Made by a program: the position numbers and the translations under genes
The notes under the pieces: generated by a model
What the model saw: only the letters and a program-made list of their open reading frames with translations
Database searches by the model: none
Told to the model about the DNA's origin: nothing
Shown: positions 38,761-51,599 of the stretch, in pieces
How positions within the stretch are numbered: the stretch's first letter is position 1
How the letters are laid out: every line of letters begins with the position of its first letter
Assembly (NCBI GenBank): GCA_052327205.1
Contig: JBMRGM010000039.1
Location: forward strand, 7,874,001-7,938,000
Origin: Somniosus microcephalus
Taxonomy: Eukaryota
Direction: 5' to 3'
Length of the DNA: 64,000 nt

Positions 38761-39057
38761 ACAGAATCACAGAAACCCCACAGTGCAGATAGAGGCCATT
38801 TTGGCCCATCGGGCCTGCACCAACACATATCCCACCCTATCCCCGTAACCCCACGTATTTAATCCCCCTAACACTAAGGGTCAATTTATCATAGCCAATC
38901 AACCTAACCCGCACATCTTTGGACTGTGGGAAGAAACCGAAGCAAACCCATGGAGAATGTGCAAACTCCACACAGACAGTCGCTCGAGGCCGGATTCGAA
39001 CCCGGGTCCTTGGTGCTGTGAGGCAACAGTGCTAACCAGTATGCCACCGTGCTGCCC
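38761..39057 (-). mobile_element. tRNA-derived SINE (HE1/V-SINE-like) with a CR1-type tail
   Basis: Minus-strand head GGGCAGCACGGTGGCATACTGGTTAGC (A box) and GGTTCGAATCC (B box), V-domain-like GTGTGGAGTTTGCAC, and a TTCTGTGA tail. Confidence 0.88.
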
Positions 39058-40046
39058 TTGAGGCGGTGTATTTGTTTGAGTGTCTTTATCAGTTTGAGGG
39101 GTGTATTAGTTGGAGGGTTTGTATTAGATTGACGTACTGTATTAGTTTTAGGGGCTGTATTGGATTGAGGTAATGAATTAATTTGATAGGCTGTATTAGT
39201 TTGAGGTGCTGTAGTTGTTTGAGGTGCTGCATTAGTTTGAGGTTCTGTATTAGTTATTGGGTCTGTATTAGTTTGAGGGTCTGTTTTAGTTTGAGGTACT
39301 TTCTTCGTTTAAGGGGCTGTATTAGTTTGAGGTGATGTATTAGTTTGAGGGGTGTATTATTTTGAGGAACTATATTAGCTTGATGGGGTGTATTAGTTTC
39401 AGGGGCTGTATTAGTTTGAAGGAGTGTATTAGTTTGGCAGACCGTTTTATTTGAGGTACAGTATTAGCTTGAGGTGCTGTATTGTTTGAAGGTCTCAATT
39501 AGGTTGAGGTATTGTATTAGTTTGAGGGTCTGTATTCGTTTGAGGTGCTGTATTCGTTTGAGGAGCTGTATTAGTTTGATGTACTTTATTAGTTTGAGGT
39601 GCTGTATTAGCTTTGAGGATCCATCGACACACATTTCCCACTTTAATTGTTTAACTAAATGGCCATATTTAAGGTGGACAGCCCCATTCCAGAGTGGAGC
39701 AGAGCAGCCCTGAGAGGACACTCTAACATTTGAAATTTAATTACTGAATGGCCACAGCAGAGTGAAGGACATCACTGAAACAATATGAGGTCTAGAGATG
39801 GGCCTGGTGGTGTTTGCAACAACAACGCCATTGCTGGGAGAATACAGCTGGCAATTTTCATTAGTTCATTCATGTGATCAGAATTCTCCGGCCTTTGTGG
39901 TTTTCAATTTCAATCTCAGCACTAAATATATTCCATCACATCAGGGAATTAACTCGGCTGTCGTCATCTGTTTGTTCAATTGTTTTTTAAAAATAATATT
40001 TTCAGCGATGTTGAAACCTCAATGTCCCCGTGGAGATCCGGCAGCG

Positions 40047-40053
40047 TATAAAT
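40047..40053 (+). promoter_or_regulatory. Candidate TATA box of the GPCR gene
   Basis: TATAAAT 92 bp upstream of the exon 1 ATG. Confidence 0.4.
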
Positions 40054-40138
40054 GAAAAGCTCTGGGAATGTCCCACCTCAGAGTTTAATTCAGAGAGATT
40101 GCCTGCACCACGAAAGAACACATCGCTTCAATCAGAAA

Positions 40139-40205
40139 ATGCATCAGCCAATTCAACATGTGGAAAAATAATTCTACGTGATCATTGCTGTCATTGGTGT
40201 TCCTG
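40139..40205 (+). pseudogene. GPR139-like class A GPCR, coding exon 1 with an in-frame TAA
   Basis: Reads MHQPIQHVEK*FYVIIAVIGVP followed by G|GTAAGT (phase 1). TAA lies at 40169-40171. It supplies the first half of TM1 that exon 2 lacks. Confidence 0.85.
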
Positions 40206-40519
40206 GTAAGTGAGTATAACTATTGAAGTTGTGTGAATCTTTGTGTGAGCTGGTCTCTGGTTTTGCTTTGTGACTGATATTGTTACATCCTGAACTAGTG
40301 GTCACCGTTATACAAACACCCGATCAATTATAGCATTTCGTTTCGTCAAATGTCCAGAATTACCTCTGAAGTTTTATTCAATTGCCTCGAAGAAAGGTTA
40401 AGCTCCGTTTGTATCACATGGGCTCGCTGTGTTATGAAGTTATTGCCTTTAGTGTAATATTGTGTACTGTTGAAACAGACCTCAGTGTAAGCAACTCTCT
40501 GAGTGAAGGTATCAGTGGA

Positions 40520-42075
40520 AGGGACTGTCACTGTAGAACTACGCAGTGTGGGTCGCTAATTGAAGTGGAACACCTGACCCCAGTGTCCATGTATTATTGG
40601 GAGTATCAGTCACTGTAGAATTGCACTGAGTGTGTCTCATTAACAGGAGTGGAACACTTGACCCCAGTGGCTATGTATTATTGGGAGTATCTGTCACTGT
40701 ATAATTATGTTGAGTGTGGATCAATAACCGGAGTGGAACACCTCATCCCAGTGGTCATGTATTACTGGGAGTATCTGTCACTGTAGAACAACTGAGTGTG
40801 GTTCACTAACTGGAGTGGAACACCTCTTTCTTGTGGCTCAGTATTACTGGGAGTATCTGTCACTGTAGAACTGCTGAGTGTGGTTCACTAATTGGAGTGG
40901 AATACCTCATCCCAGTGGCTAGGTATTACTGGGAGTATCTGTCACTGTAGAAATGCACTGAGCGTGGGGCACTAACCAGAGTGGAACACCTGACCCTAGT
41001 GGCCAAACAATACTGGGAGTATCTGTCATTTTAAAATTGTATTGAGTGTGGGTCACTAACCGGACTGGAACTCCTGACCCCAGTGGCCATGTATTATTGG
41101 GGGTATCTGTCACTATCGAATTATACAGAGTGAGGATCACTAACCGAAGAGGAACACTTCATACCAGTGGCCATATACCACTGCGATTATCTTTCACTGT
41201 AGAATGGTAGTGGGTGTAGGTCATGATGCAGAGTGGAACACCGCAGCCCAGAAGCCATGTATTACTGGGAATATCTCTCATTGTAGAATTGTACTGAGTG
41301 TGGGTCACTTACCGGTGTGGAACACCTTATCACAGTGGCCATGAATTACTGGGTGTATCTGTCACTGTAGAACTACTGAGTGTGGGTCACTAACAAGTGT
41401 GGAACACCTGACCCTTGTGGCCAGGTGTTACTGGGAGTATCTGCCATTTCAGAATTGTATTGAGTGTGGGTCACTAACCAGAGCGGAACAACTGATCCCA
41501 GTATCCATGTATTAATGGGAATATCTGTCACTGTAGAATTGTACTGAGTGTGGGTCACTAACTGGAGTGCAACACCTGACCCCAGTGGCCATGTATTGCT
41601 GGGAGTATCTGTCACTGTAGAATTGTACTGAGTGTGGGTCACTAACCGAAGTTGAACATCAAACCCCAGTGGTCCTGTATTACTGGGAGTACCTTGCACT
41701 GTAGAACTGTACTGAGTTTGAGTTGCCAACCGGAATGGAACACCTGGCCCCTGGCCAAGTATTAATGGGAGTATCTCGCACTGTAGAATGTTACTGAGTC
41801 TGGATTACTAACCGGAGTGAAACACCTCACCCCTGTGGCCATGTATTACTGGGAGTATCTGTCACTGTAGAACTGTACTGAGTGTGGGTCACTAACCGGA
41901 GTGGCACACCTGACCCGAGTGGTCATGCATTAGTGGGAGTACCTGTCACTGTAGAACTGTACTGAGAGTGGGTCACTAACCGGAGTGGAACACCTCATCC
42001 CAGTGCCATGTATTACTGGGAGTATCTGTCACTGTAGAACTGTACTGGTGTGGGTCACTAACTGGAGTCGAACAA
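40520..42075. repeat. 84-bp tandem array, about 18 copies, in the GPCR intron
   Basis: Unit GTATCTGTCACTGTAGAACTGTACTGAGTGTGGGTCACTAACCGGAGTGGAACACCTGACCCCAGTGGCCATGTATTACTGGGA. Confidence 0.92.
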
Positions 42076-42204
42076 CTCAGTTCCAATTTTACTTTTTTTT
42101 AGATGACTGATCGCTCCCCTTCATGGAGCTGCATTTGTGTTTTCCGATTATAATCAATGGCTAAGTGGAAGATTTTTGCTGTTGGTTGAATAAGTTTGGT
42201 TATA

Positions 42205-42715
42205 AGCATATGTGGCACTGCAGTGAAGGTTCACGACATTGATTCCTTGGATGAGAGGGCTATCCCATTATGAGACATTGTGTAGAATGGGCCTATACTC
42301 ACTGAAGTTCAGAGGAATGAGAGGTGATCTCATTGAAACATACAGGATTCTTAAGGGGATTGCCAGATTTGGATGCTGACAGGTTGTTTCCCCCTGTTTG
42401 AAGTGTCTAGAACTAGGGGCATAGTCTCAGGATAAAGGATAGGTCATTTAAGACCGAGATGTGAAGGATATTCTTCACTCTTTTTGGCTGTGAATCTTTG
42501 GAATTCTCTGCCCCAGAGGCCTGTGAATATTGAGTCTTTGAGTATATTCAAGACTGTGATAGATGGATTTTTGGACCCTGGGGGAATCAAGGGATATGGA
42601 GACCGGGCAGGAAAGGGCTCTTGAGGTCGATGATCAGCCATGATCTAATTGAATGGCGGAGCTGGCTCCAGGGGCCGTATGGCCTACTCCTGCTCCTATT
42701 TCTTATGTTCTTATG
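42205..42715 (+). mobile_element. CR1 LINE 3' fragment
   Basis: MRGDLIETY motif and CTTATGTT tail. Confidence 0.85.
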
Positions 42716-43329
42716 TACATACGTAATTTGAAATCTATTGATATTGCATTTTTGCCCATTGAACTGCACCAACAGAAACAGATGTTAACTAATTACTGAC
42801 AGGTAAGCAGCAGGATAGCAGTGTTACAGTATTCAAATCCTCTGTATAATGAGTCATTCTTACTCTATGTAGAGTTATCATAAACACTTTAATTGTTTTG
42901 GTGCTGATTAATCCCCTTCCCCCCACATGTTCCTGAGAATCTGTGTGTCTTGAGTCCTGAAAGTTTCCGTTAGACAGGATGAATATTGTGCTGTGGTTAT
43001 TGATTATTCCACTTCTATACCGGATTATGTTTTGACGAACCAGTTCTTATCTCTGATTCAGTCTCTACACAGGTAACCTGCACCGATCTCAGTGAGGTGA
43101 GACCCTGCGAGAAGAGTGACGTATAACTGAAGAACATGCATATCAGGTTTTCATAATACAGAGATCAGTTCGGGGCCAGTGAATTACAGCATTAAAATGG
43201 ATAATAATGAAATAAATAGTGCAGTGCTTCAATAAATAGCACACTTCAATATCTGCAATGATTAACTGAACTGATGAATGTGATTAATTTGTAATCAAGT
43301 TACGGAGAACTCCTTGGAATTTGCTTTCA

Positions 43330-44415
43330 CCCTCGTGTACTTCTCCAGCTTCCCCTTTAATGAATCTCTGCTATTCGCCGCAAGTACTCCAAGTTGTAGC
43401 GATTTCCACATTCTAACCAACCTCTGAATAAAGAACCATCTCCTCAATTCCATATGGGATTTATTAGTTATTATCTTTTACCGATAATCTCCAGTGTTGC
43501 ACTCACGCCACAAGTATAAACATCTACCCTGTGTTATCCTTTCAAAATTTAAAGCCCTCTATTAGGCCACCTGTCCACCTTCTCTTTTGTAAAGAAAGGA
43601 GCCCCAGTCTGTTCAACCTTTCCTGATGGTTATAATGTCTCAATTCTGGTGCCATCCTTGTAAAAAATTGCACTTTCTCCTGAGCCTTAATATCCTTTAT
43701 GTAATATGGAGATCAGTACTGCACACAGTACGCTCAGTGTGGTATAAACTAGGTTCTATATAAGTTTAAGCTAACCTCTTTGCTTTACGATTCTATTCAT
43801 CTGGAAATGAACCCCAGTGCTTTGATTGCATGTTTATGGCTTTGTAAACATGCATTGCTACTTTAAATGATTTGGTAATCAGCACCCCTCTACCCCATTT
43901 CCACTCTGATTTTCCAAGGAGGATTTGGAAACATTATTCTTTCTACCAAAACGCAGTGCCTCTCACTGAGCTATATTGAAATTAATTTTCCATTTAAACG
44001 CCCTTTCTGTAAGTTTATTGCTGTCTTCAGGTATTGTGTTGCATTCTTCCTCTGTATTAACTGTACTCGTAATTTGGATTCTTCTGCAAGTTTTGACTTT
44101 GTGCTTCTGCTTTCCGAATCAACATCGTTTATGTAAATGGTGAACAACAGTGGTCGCAACGCCGATCCTTGTGGAACATCATTTCTCACCATCCACCGAT
44201 CTGAGTAAATAGCTTCATGCACTTCTCCCTATTGTCTGTTCTTGCAGCCATCTTTCTATCCATTCTGCTGCTTGTCCCCAACTCCATTTGCGCTGTGATT
44301 CAGTCTGCTATGTGGTACTTTATCAAATGGCTTTAAAAAATCAATGTATATTACATCGACTGCATTACCGTTATCAACTCTTTCTGATATGTATTCAAAG
44401 TATTCACTAAGGTTA
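43330..44415 (-). mobile_element. Old degraded CR1 fragment (resumes at about 49670-49840)
   Basis: VPQGSALRPLLFTIYIND and VIYIDFLKPFDKVPH remnants. Confidence 0.7.
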
Positions 44416-44940
44416 CTCAAACAAGACATTCTAAAGCGGGTGCAGGAACAGAGGGACCTGGGGGTACATGTACACAAATCGTTGAAGGTGGCAGGGCAGG
44501 TTGAGAAAGCGGTTAAAAAACCTTACGTGAATCTGGCCTTTCTAAATAGAGACATAGAGTAAAAAAGCAAGGAAGTTATGAGGAACATCTATAAAACATT
44601 GGATCGGCCACAACTGGAGTATTGTGTCCAATTCTGGGCACCGCACTTTAGGAAGTGCATGACGGCTTTAGAGAGGGTGCAGAAAAGATTTACAAGAATG
44701 GTTCCAGGGACAAGGAACTTCAGTTACGTAGATATACTAGAGAAGCTGGGGTTGTTCTTCTTAAAGCAGAGATGATTGACAGGAGATTTGCTAGATATGA
44801 TCAAAATCATGAGGGGTCTAGACAGAGTAGATTGAGAGAAGCTGTTCCAATTGGCAGAACGTTCGAAAACCAGAGGACACAGGTTTTAGGTGATGTACAG
44901 AACATCCAAAGGCGACATGAGGAAAAACTTTTTAAGGCAG

Positions 44941-47900
44941 TGATGCGCTATCAATTACTCATAAAAGACAGAGAGTTAGGAGAGTAACTAAAAGGCTTTT
45001 ATTAGCAAAGAACAGAGCATGCCTCTCGTGGTTGACTGGGTTCCAAGAAGGCAGGCGGCTGCAGAGCAGTCACCTTTATACCTGGGCCTGTGGGTGGAGC
45101 CAGGGGCGGGGCCAGCAGAGACATGCTGAGGCATGCATAGGTACAACAGTGTGCAACAACAACAACAACGGTGAACAACAATAAAAGTGGTTTACCACAT
45201 TCACCCCTTGTTTAAAATTGAGTCCGGCGGGGTGAAGTGTACTAAAGGTTCGTGTAAGTAAGTCTATCAGGTGGCCTTGTATGCCGTCCTGATCGTCGTG
45301 GTGGCGGCGGTGATGGTGCAGCATCCAACGTTGAATCAGGCGTCTCATTGAGTGGTTGGGTGGTCAATGACGGGTCCTGGGGCTGCGGCATGCCGTCTAG
45401 CCGTGTTGGGTTGTGGGTAGTGGTGGATGGCAATGGTAGTGTCTCAGGGGCACCCGAAGGTGCGAGATCTCGTGTGGAGGCTGTGTCCTCCCGCCCGTCT
45501 GGGTACGCTACATAAATGTACTGGGGATAGGCGTGGGTAGTGGTGGGTGGGGAAGGAGGTGTTTCGGGAGCACCTGAAGGTGCGAGGTCTCGTATGGAGA
45601 CTGTGTCCTCCCGCCCGTCCGGCTACACCATGTAAGCATACTGAGGGTTGGCATGGAGGAGGCTCACCCTCTCGACCAGCGGGTCTGTCTTATGGGACCT
45701 CACGTGCTTCCGCAGTAGGACGGGTCCTGGAGAAGTCAGCCATGTCGGTAACGAGATCCCCGATGTGGACTTCCTGGGGAAGGAGAACATTCTCTCATGA
45801 GGGCTGGCATTGGTGGCTGTACAGAGCAGTGACCGAATGGAATGAAGCGCCGCAGGGAGGACCTCCTGCCAGCGAGAGGTTGGAAGGCCCTTAGATTTCA
45901 AGTTTAAAAGGACTGCCTTCCAGACCGTCGCATTCTCCCTTTCCACCTGGCCATTCCCCCGGGGGTTGTAGCTGGTGGTCCTGCTTGTAGCAATACCTCT
46001 CACGAGCAGGTACTGACGAAGTTCGTTGCTCATAAAGGATGAGCCCCTGTCGCTATGAATATAGCTAGGGAAACCGAACAAGGCGAAGAGGTCATTCAGA
46101 CATTTAATGACCGCGGTACTGCTCATATCTGAGCAAGGGATGGCAAACGGGAAACGGGAGTACTCGTCAATTATGTTGAGGAAGTACACATTGCGGTCAG
46201 AGGAGGGGGGGGGCCTTTAAAATCGACGCTCAGCCGTTCAAAGGGGCGCGTGGCTTTGATCAGGCTTGCTCTGTCTGGCCTATAAAAATGCTGTTTACAC
46301 TCGGCACAGATTTGGCAGTTCCTGGTCATGGTCCTGACCTCCTCGATGGAGTAGAGCAGGTTACGGGATTTGATGAATTGAAAAAACCTGGTGACCCCCG
46401 GGTGGCAGAGGTCATTGTGGAGGGTCTTCAGTCTATCAACCTGCACGTTGGCGCATGTTCCACGTGATAGGGCATCTGGGGGCTCATTGAGTTTCCCGGG
46501 CCGGTACAAGATATCATAATTGTAGGTGGAGAGTTCGATTCTCCACCTCAAGATCTTGTCATTCTTGATTTTTCCCCTCTGCTTATTATTATACATAAAA
46601 GCTACTGAACGCTGGTCAGTGAGCAGGGTAAATCGTTTTCCGGCCAGGTAATGCCTCCAATGTCGCACAGCTTCCGCAATGGCCTGGGCCTCCTTTTCGA
46701 CAGAGCAGTGTCGAATCTCGGGGACCTGGAGGGTCCTTGAGAAAAAGGCCACGGGACTCCCCGCCTGGTTAAGGGTTGCAGCTAGGGCAAAGTCGGATGC
46801 GTCGCTCTCCACTTGGAAAGTGATGGACTCATCCACTGCGTGGATCGTGGCCCTCGCAATATCTCTTTTTATGAGAGTGAAGGCTGCACAGGCCTCTGCT
46901 GTCAGGGGGAAGGAGGTGGAATGGATGAGGGGTCTGGCTTTGTCTGCATAGTTGGGCACCCACTGAGCATAGTACGAGAAAAACCCTAGGCATCTCTTCA
47001 GTGCTTTTTGGCAGTGGGGGAAGGGGGAGCTCCATAAGGGGGCGCATCCTGTCGGGGTCGGGGCCGATGACTCCGTTCTCCACTACACAGCCAAGAATGG
47101 CAAGGCGCGTGGTACGAAACATACATTAGTCCTTGTTGTATGTTAGGTTCAGCCGCTGGGCCGTACAGAGGAATTTCTCTAGATTAACATCATGGTCCTG
47201 CTGGTCGTGGCCGCAGATGGTGACGTTGTCTAGATAGGGGAAAGTGGCCTGGAGCGCGTTCTGGTCAACCATCCGGTCCATCTCCCGTTGGAAGACTGAA
47301 ACCCCGTTGGTGACGCCGAAGGAACTCTGAGGAAGTGGTCGAGCCGACCGTCAGCTTCAAAAGCTGTGTACTGGCGGTCCTCACCCCTGATGAGGAGCTG
47401 GTGGTATGCCGACTTCAGATCAATCGTCGAGAACTCCCGGTATTGTGCTATCTGATTGACCATGTCAGATATGCGGGGGAGTGGGTAGGCATCTAGCTGG
47501 GTGTAGCGATTGATCGTCTGTCTATAGTCAATAACTAGGCGCTGTTTTTCGCCAGTCTTCACTACCACCACTTTTGCTCGCCATGGGCTGGTGCTACTTT
47601 CAATCATCCCTTCCTTCAGGAGTCTCGCTACCTCAGATTTAATGAAGCTCCTATCCCCGGCACTGTAACGCCTGCTTTTGGTAGCGATGGGCTTACAGTC
47701 GCGGGTGAGGTTAGCGAACAAGGAGGGGGGGGACTTTAAGGGTGGAGAGGCTGCAAATGGTGCGCAGCGGGCGATTTAAAAGCTGCTGGCTGCAGACTGT
47801 GTGTTGGCGGAGGGTTCCATCGTACGCTAATGTGACACTCTTAAGGTGGCACTGAAAATCCAACCCCAGTAGAACGGCAGTGCAGGGATGTGGCATGACC

Positions 47901-49443
47901 AGAAGTTTAACATTTTTGTATTCTGTGCCCCGTACTGAAAGGGTCACTACACAGTAGCCACCGATGTCCGCTGACTGGGCTTTGGAAGACAAAGAGATCC
48001 GATGGCGCGTCGGCAGGACCGGGAGAGAGTAACTGCGCACCGTGTCGGGGTGGATAAAGCTCTCCGTGCTCCCGCTGTCAAAAAGGCAGGTAGTGGCACG
48101 GCCGTTTACCGTAATGTCCATCATGGACCTGGACAGTTGATGAGGGAGAGATTGGTCCAGCATCACGGAGGCCAGCGTTTGGTCGAGCGAGTTGATGTGG
48201 TCGTCAGATGAGGCGGTGGTTGAGTCCGGGTCCCCCGTGCTTGAAGTTGGAGACGTCCAAGATGGCGGACAAAATGGCGGCGCCCATGATCCCGAACCCC
48301 ACGCGGCTGGGGGAGCCCAAGATGGTGGACAAGATGGCTGCCCCCACGGTTCGCACGCGGCGCTGCTGGCGTTAGCGGTTTTACCTTTGCAGGCACTGAC
48401 ATAGTGTCCTTTCTTCCCGCAGCCAGAGCAGGTAGCGTTTCTCGCCGGGCAGCTTGCTCTGGGGTGTTTTGCCTGGCCACAGAAATAACATTTCTGTGCC
48501 TTGGCGATCACAGCAGCAGTTGAAGGTGGCGGTCCCATGACCCAAGGTTGTGGCGTCCACGTTGCGGAGCGGTTAGGGGAGAAGGCATCCATATTCCTGT
48601 GGGCCGCGTCGAGCGAGAGCGTGAGGGACACTGCCTTTCTCAGGTCCATTTCTCCCTTTTCCAACAGTCTCTGCCGGGAGTAGTCGGACCTCAGACCACA
48701 ACGAAAGCATCTCGGATCAGTCCCTCCGTGTGTGCTGCGGCTGATACTTCTTTGCAATCGCAGCCTCAGCCGAGTATCCGTAGTGCCCGTAGGAAGGCCT
48801 CAGCCGATTCCCCGGGCTGCTGTCTGCGGGATCTTAAGAGGTGCCTGGCATAGACCGTATTTACCAGGCGTGCGCATTGCCCTTTTAGCAGATCGATAGC
48901 CACTGCATAGGTCGTCGCATCCTGGATTATTGTATAAACTTGGTAGCTCACCTTTGAGGCCAGGATTTCCAGCTTGTTTTCGTCCAGGGTCACAGTTGAG
49001 GCTTGCAGGTAAGCCTCGAAGCAACGCAGCCAATGCGCGAATTTGGTAGCCAAACCCGCTTCTTGGGGGTCTAGGTCCAGGCATGTTGGTCTGAGGGCTC
49101 GCAGCAGCTCCTGCTGCTCAGCGTTTGGTGCAGCAGCCTGCTGCTCAGCGTTTGTTGCCGACATTTTGTTTTTGCTAATAAAATTGATGCGCTATCAATT
49201 ACTCATAAAAGACGGAGAGTTAGGAGAGTAACTAAAAGGCTTTTATTAGCAAAGAACAGAGCATGCCTCTCGTGGTTGACTGGGTTCCAAGAAGGCAGGG
49301 GGCTGCAGAGCAGTCACCTTTATACCTGGGCATGTGGGTGGAGCCAGGGGCGGAGCCAGCAGAGACATGCTGAGGCATGCATAGGTACAACAGTGTGCAA
49401 CAACAACAACAACGGTGAACAACAATAACAGTGGTTTACCACA
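44941..49443 (-). mobile_element. Full-length Ty3/Gypsy LTR retrotransposon B (4503 bp), same lineage as A
   Basis: LTRs of 259 bp at 49443-49185 and 45199-44941 (5 mismatches). TSD GGCAG at 44936-44940 and 49444-49448. PPT and LTR start TGTGGTAAACCAC are identical to A. Confidence 0.97.
45260..49164 (-). pseudogene. Gag-Pol polyprotein of Gypsy B (frameshifted)
   Basis: ATG at 49164; Zn knuckles, LFDSGS, YLDN (47236-47225), ESDAS, HHCC and DDE motifs spread over about six ORF pieces. Confidence 0.9.
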
Positions 49444-49979
49444 GGCAGCGAATGGTTACGATCTGGAATGCACTGTCTTAACGCGTGGTGGAGGCAGATT
49501 CAATCGTGGCTTTCAAAAGGAAATGGGATAAGTAACTGAAGGAAAATCATTGCAGGGCTTCGGAGAAAGGGTGGGGGTTGGGACTAGCTGAAGTGCATGT
49601 GCAGAGAGTGAGCACGGGCTCGACGGGCCGAATGGCCTCCTTTTGTGCTGTAACCATTCTATGGTTCCATTTTGGAAAACCTACTGACTACTTGTTATTA
49701 TATTTTGTGTTTCTAGATATTTTTCTGTTAAACCTTTGAGTAGGGATTCAATTACCTTTCCTACCATCGACGTTATGCTAACTGGTCTGTAGATCCTTGG
49801 AATTGTTCTATCTTCCATTTTAAACACAGGAATAACGTGTAAATGGTGAACCACAGAGGCCTTCCCTTCCCTTCCTCGAATTCTCGATCTTCATTTCAAG
49901 GGCTCGGCCGTCCACCAATATCTACTTTTAGCCCACCGACTCTCGCAGGAATCTTGAGTAGACTTCCTCCCACCCGGCT

Positions 49980-51400
49980 TCCTGGAAGGGCACTATTCTA
50001 TTCTCACAGTTTTCCACCTCGGTTGCATATGTCCTGACGATGCCACCTTCCACACCCGTGCTTCTGAAATGTCTTCATATTTCCTCAGCCGAGTAATCAC
50101 CTGCATTGTGATTGACAGGGCCCTCGACCATGTCAATCCTCTGTTGCTGCCATCACCCCTTGCCCTCCCTGCTAGAACCTAGTCAGGGTTCCACTTGTCC
50201 TCAGCTTCCTCTGCAACAGCCTTCACATTCAACGGATCATCCTCTGCCATTTCCACCATGTCTAGCTAAGTCCAACAACAAACATATCTTCCCCGGCCCT
50301 CCCATCGCCCCGGCCTTCGCAACACCCTGGCCCACTCTTCCTTCACCCCTAACATCTGCCTTCTCCAGCACCTTCCTATGCAAGCGCAGGAGATGGAACA
50401 GCTGCCCTTTCCCCTCGTTCGTTCCCACCATCCAGGACCCCAAACATTCCAACCACGTGAAAGACTAACGTACTTGTACTTCTTCCAATTTAACACGTCA
50501 TATTCGCTGCCCACGATCCAGTCTCCTGTACATTGGGTGGACTAAATGTAGATTGAATAATTGCTTTGATGAACGCCTCCATTCAGTCCACAAGTGTGAC
50601 CCTGAGCTTCAGGTCAATTGACACTTTAATTCTACATCGCACTCACAATCTGAATTCTCTGTTCTCGGCCTTCTGCACTGTTCCCCTTTTAAACTCATTG
50701 AGGAACAGCACTGTATTTTTCGATTAGGCATTTTATTGCCTTCCAGACTCAACACTAAGTTTACAAACTTCAGATCATAACCTCCGCTCCAGTTTTCTCG
50801 GACGACATGCGCAGATAATGGAGGATGGCTCCACCAGAGCCACTGAGAGTGGAGGAGGTGTAGGCTGGGGCTTGGGTGGCGATCCCGGTACACGGCCACT
50901 GCGAGTGGAGGATGTGTGGGCTGGGGCTTGGGGTGGTGATCCCAGTACATGGCCAGTGGGAGTGGAGGAGGTGTGGGCTGGGCCTTGGGGTGGCGATTTT
51001 GATACATGGCCATCGGGCTAGTCCAAATACCTGCGGTCTACCCAAATTTCTCTTCCACGTGTGCTACCCCTCCCCCTTGTTATTCTGCTGTAACCATTTA
51101 CACCTCCTCTAGAACCATCTTCTGTTTCTTTAATTGTCCCATTCGCTTTGCACCATCAGTCATTTTGTCATTCAATCACTCCTGCCCTCCACTGATCTCA
51201 ATCCTTCATCGTTGTTCTTTCTTGATGCTACCGCACATGTCTCTGAATCTAGCATTGCTTTAATACTGTTCATCTCTGATATCTTCCACTTCTGATGAAA
51301 CGTCATCGACCTGAAATGATCAGGCTGTCTCTCTCTGCACAGATGCTGCCTTAGCTACTGAGTATTTTCAGCAATGTGTTTTTTATCAGACTTACGGCAG
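49980..51400 (+). mobile_element. Degraded Penelope-like element (GIY-YIG remnant and pLTR tail)
   Basis: TCTSSNL...IRCP...LYIG.TK.RL...F.E remnant at about 50470-50590. Tail CTGATGA...GACCTGAAA...CACAGATGCTGCC at 51292-51350. Confidence 0.7.
50839..51012. repeat. 56-57-bp G-rich tandem repeat, 3 copies
   Basis: GCCA(C/G)TG.GAGTGGAGGA units start at 50839, 50895 and 50952. Confidence 0.8.
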
Positions 51401-51599
51401 TCGCAGCACTTTGCTTTTGGTCAAATACTTATGCATAGTTAATAAGAGGGGTGGGTTACATAGGCGATGACACGCATGGTTTGGGGTGGATATGTAATAT
51501 CAGCAAGGTGGGGGACGCCGGAGCAGGACCAGGTAGGTCTGATGCACAAATCTGGAGGGGAATGGAGCCTCCAATCCGCTGGTGTGTCCGATCACAGAC

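Larger units (their letters stand above)
36000..39617. repeat. 18-bp minisatellite TGTATTAGTTTGAGG(TA/GG)C, interrupted
   Basis: Segments at about 36000-36115, 37583-37985, 38611-38760 and 39058-39617. Confidence 0.9.
44424..49667 (+). mobile_element. CR1 3' fragment split by Gypsy B
   Basis: RPQLEYCVQFWAPH motif. The MRKNF..Q|R.V.IWNAL motif is interrupted at the GGCAG TSD; the tail is near 49660. Confidence 0.85.

Noticed and set aside
40520-42075. CRISPR-like array or RAG recombination signals (CACTGT)
   Set aside because: There are no unique spacers and the context is eukaryotic. The heptamer is imperfect (CACTGTA), with no nonamer at 12/23 spacing and no V/J segments.
42780-43105. Splice-like sites (ACAG|GTAAGC; CTACACAG...GAG|GTGAGA) suggesting extra exons
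   Set aside because: No recognisable coding content, and exons 1 and 2 of the GPCR already join in frame.
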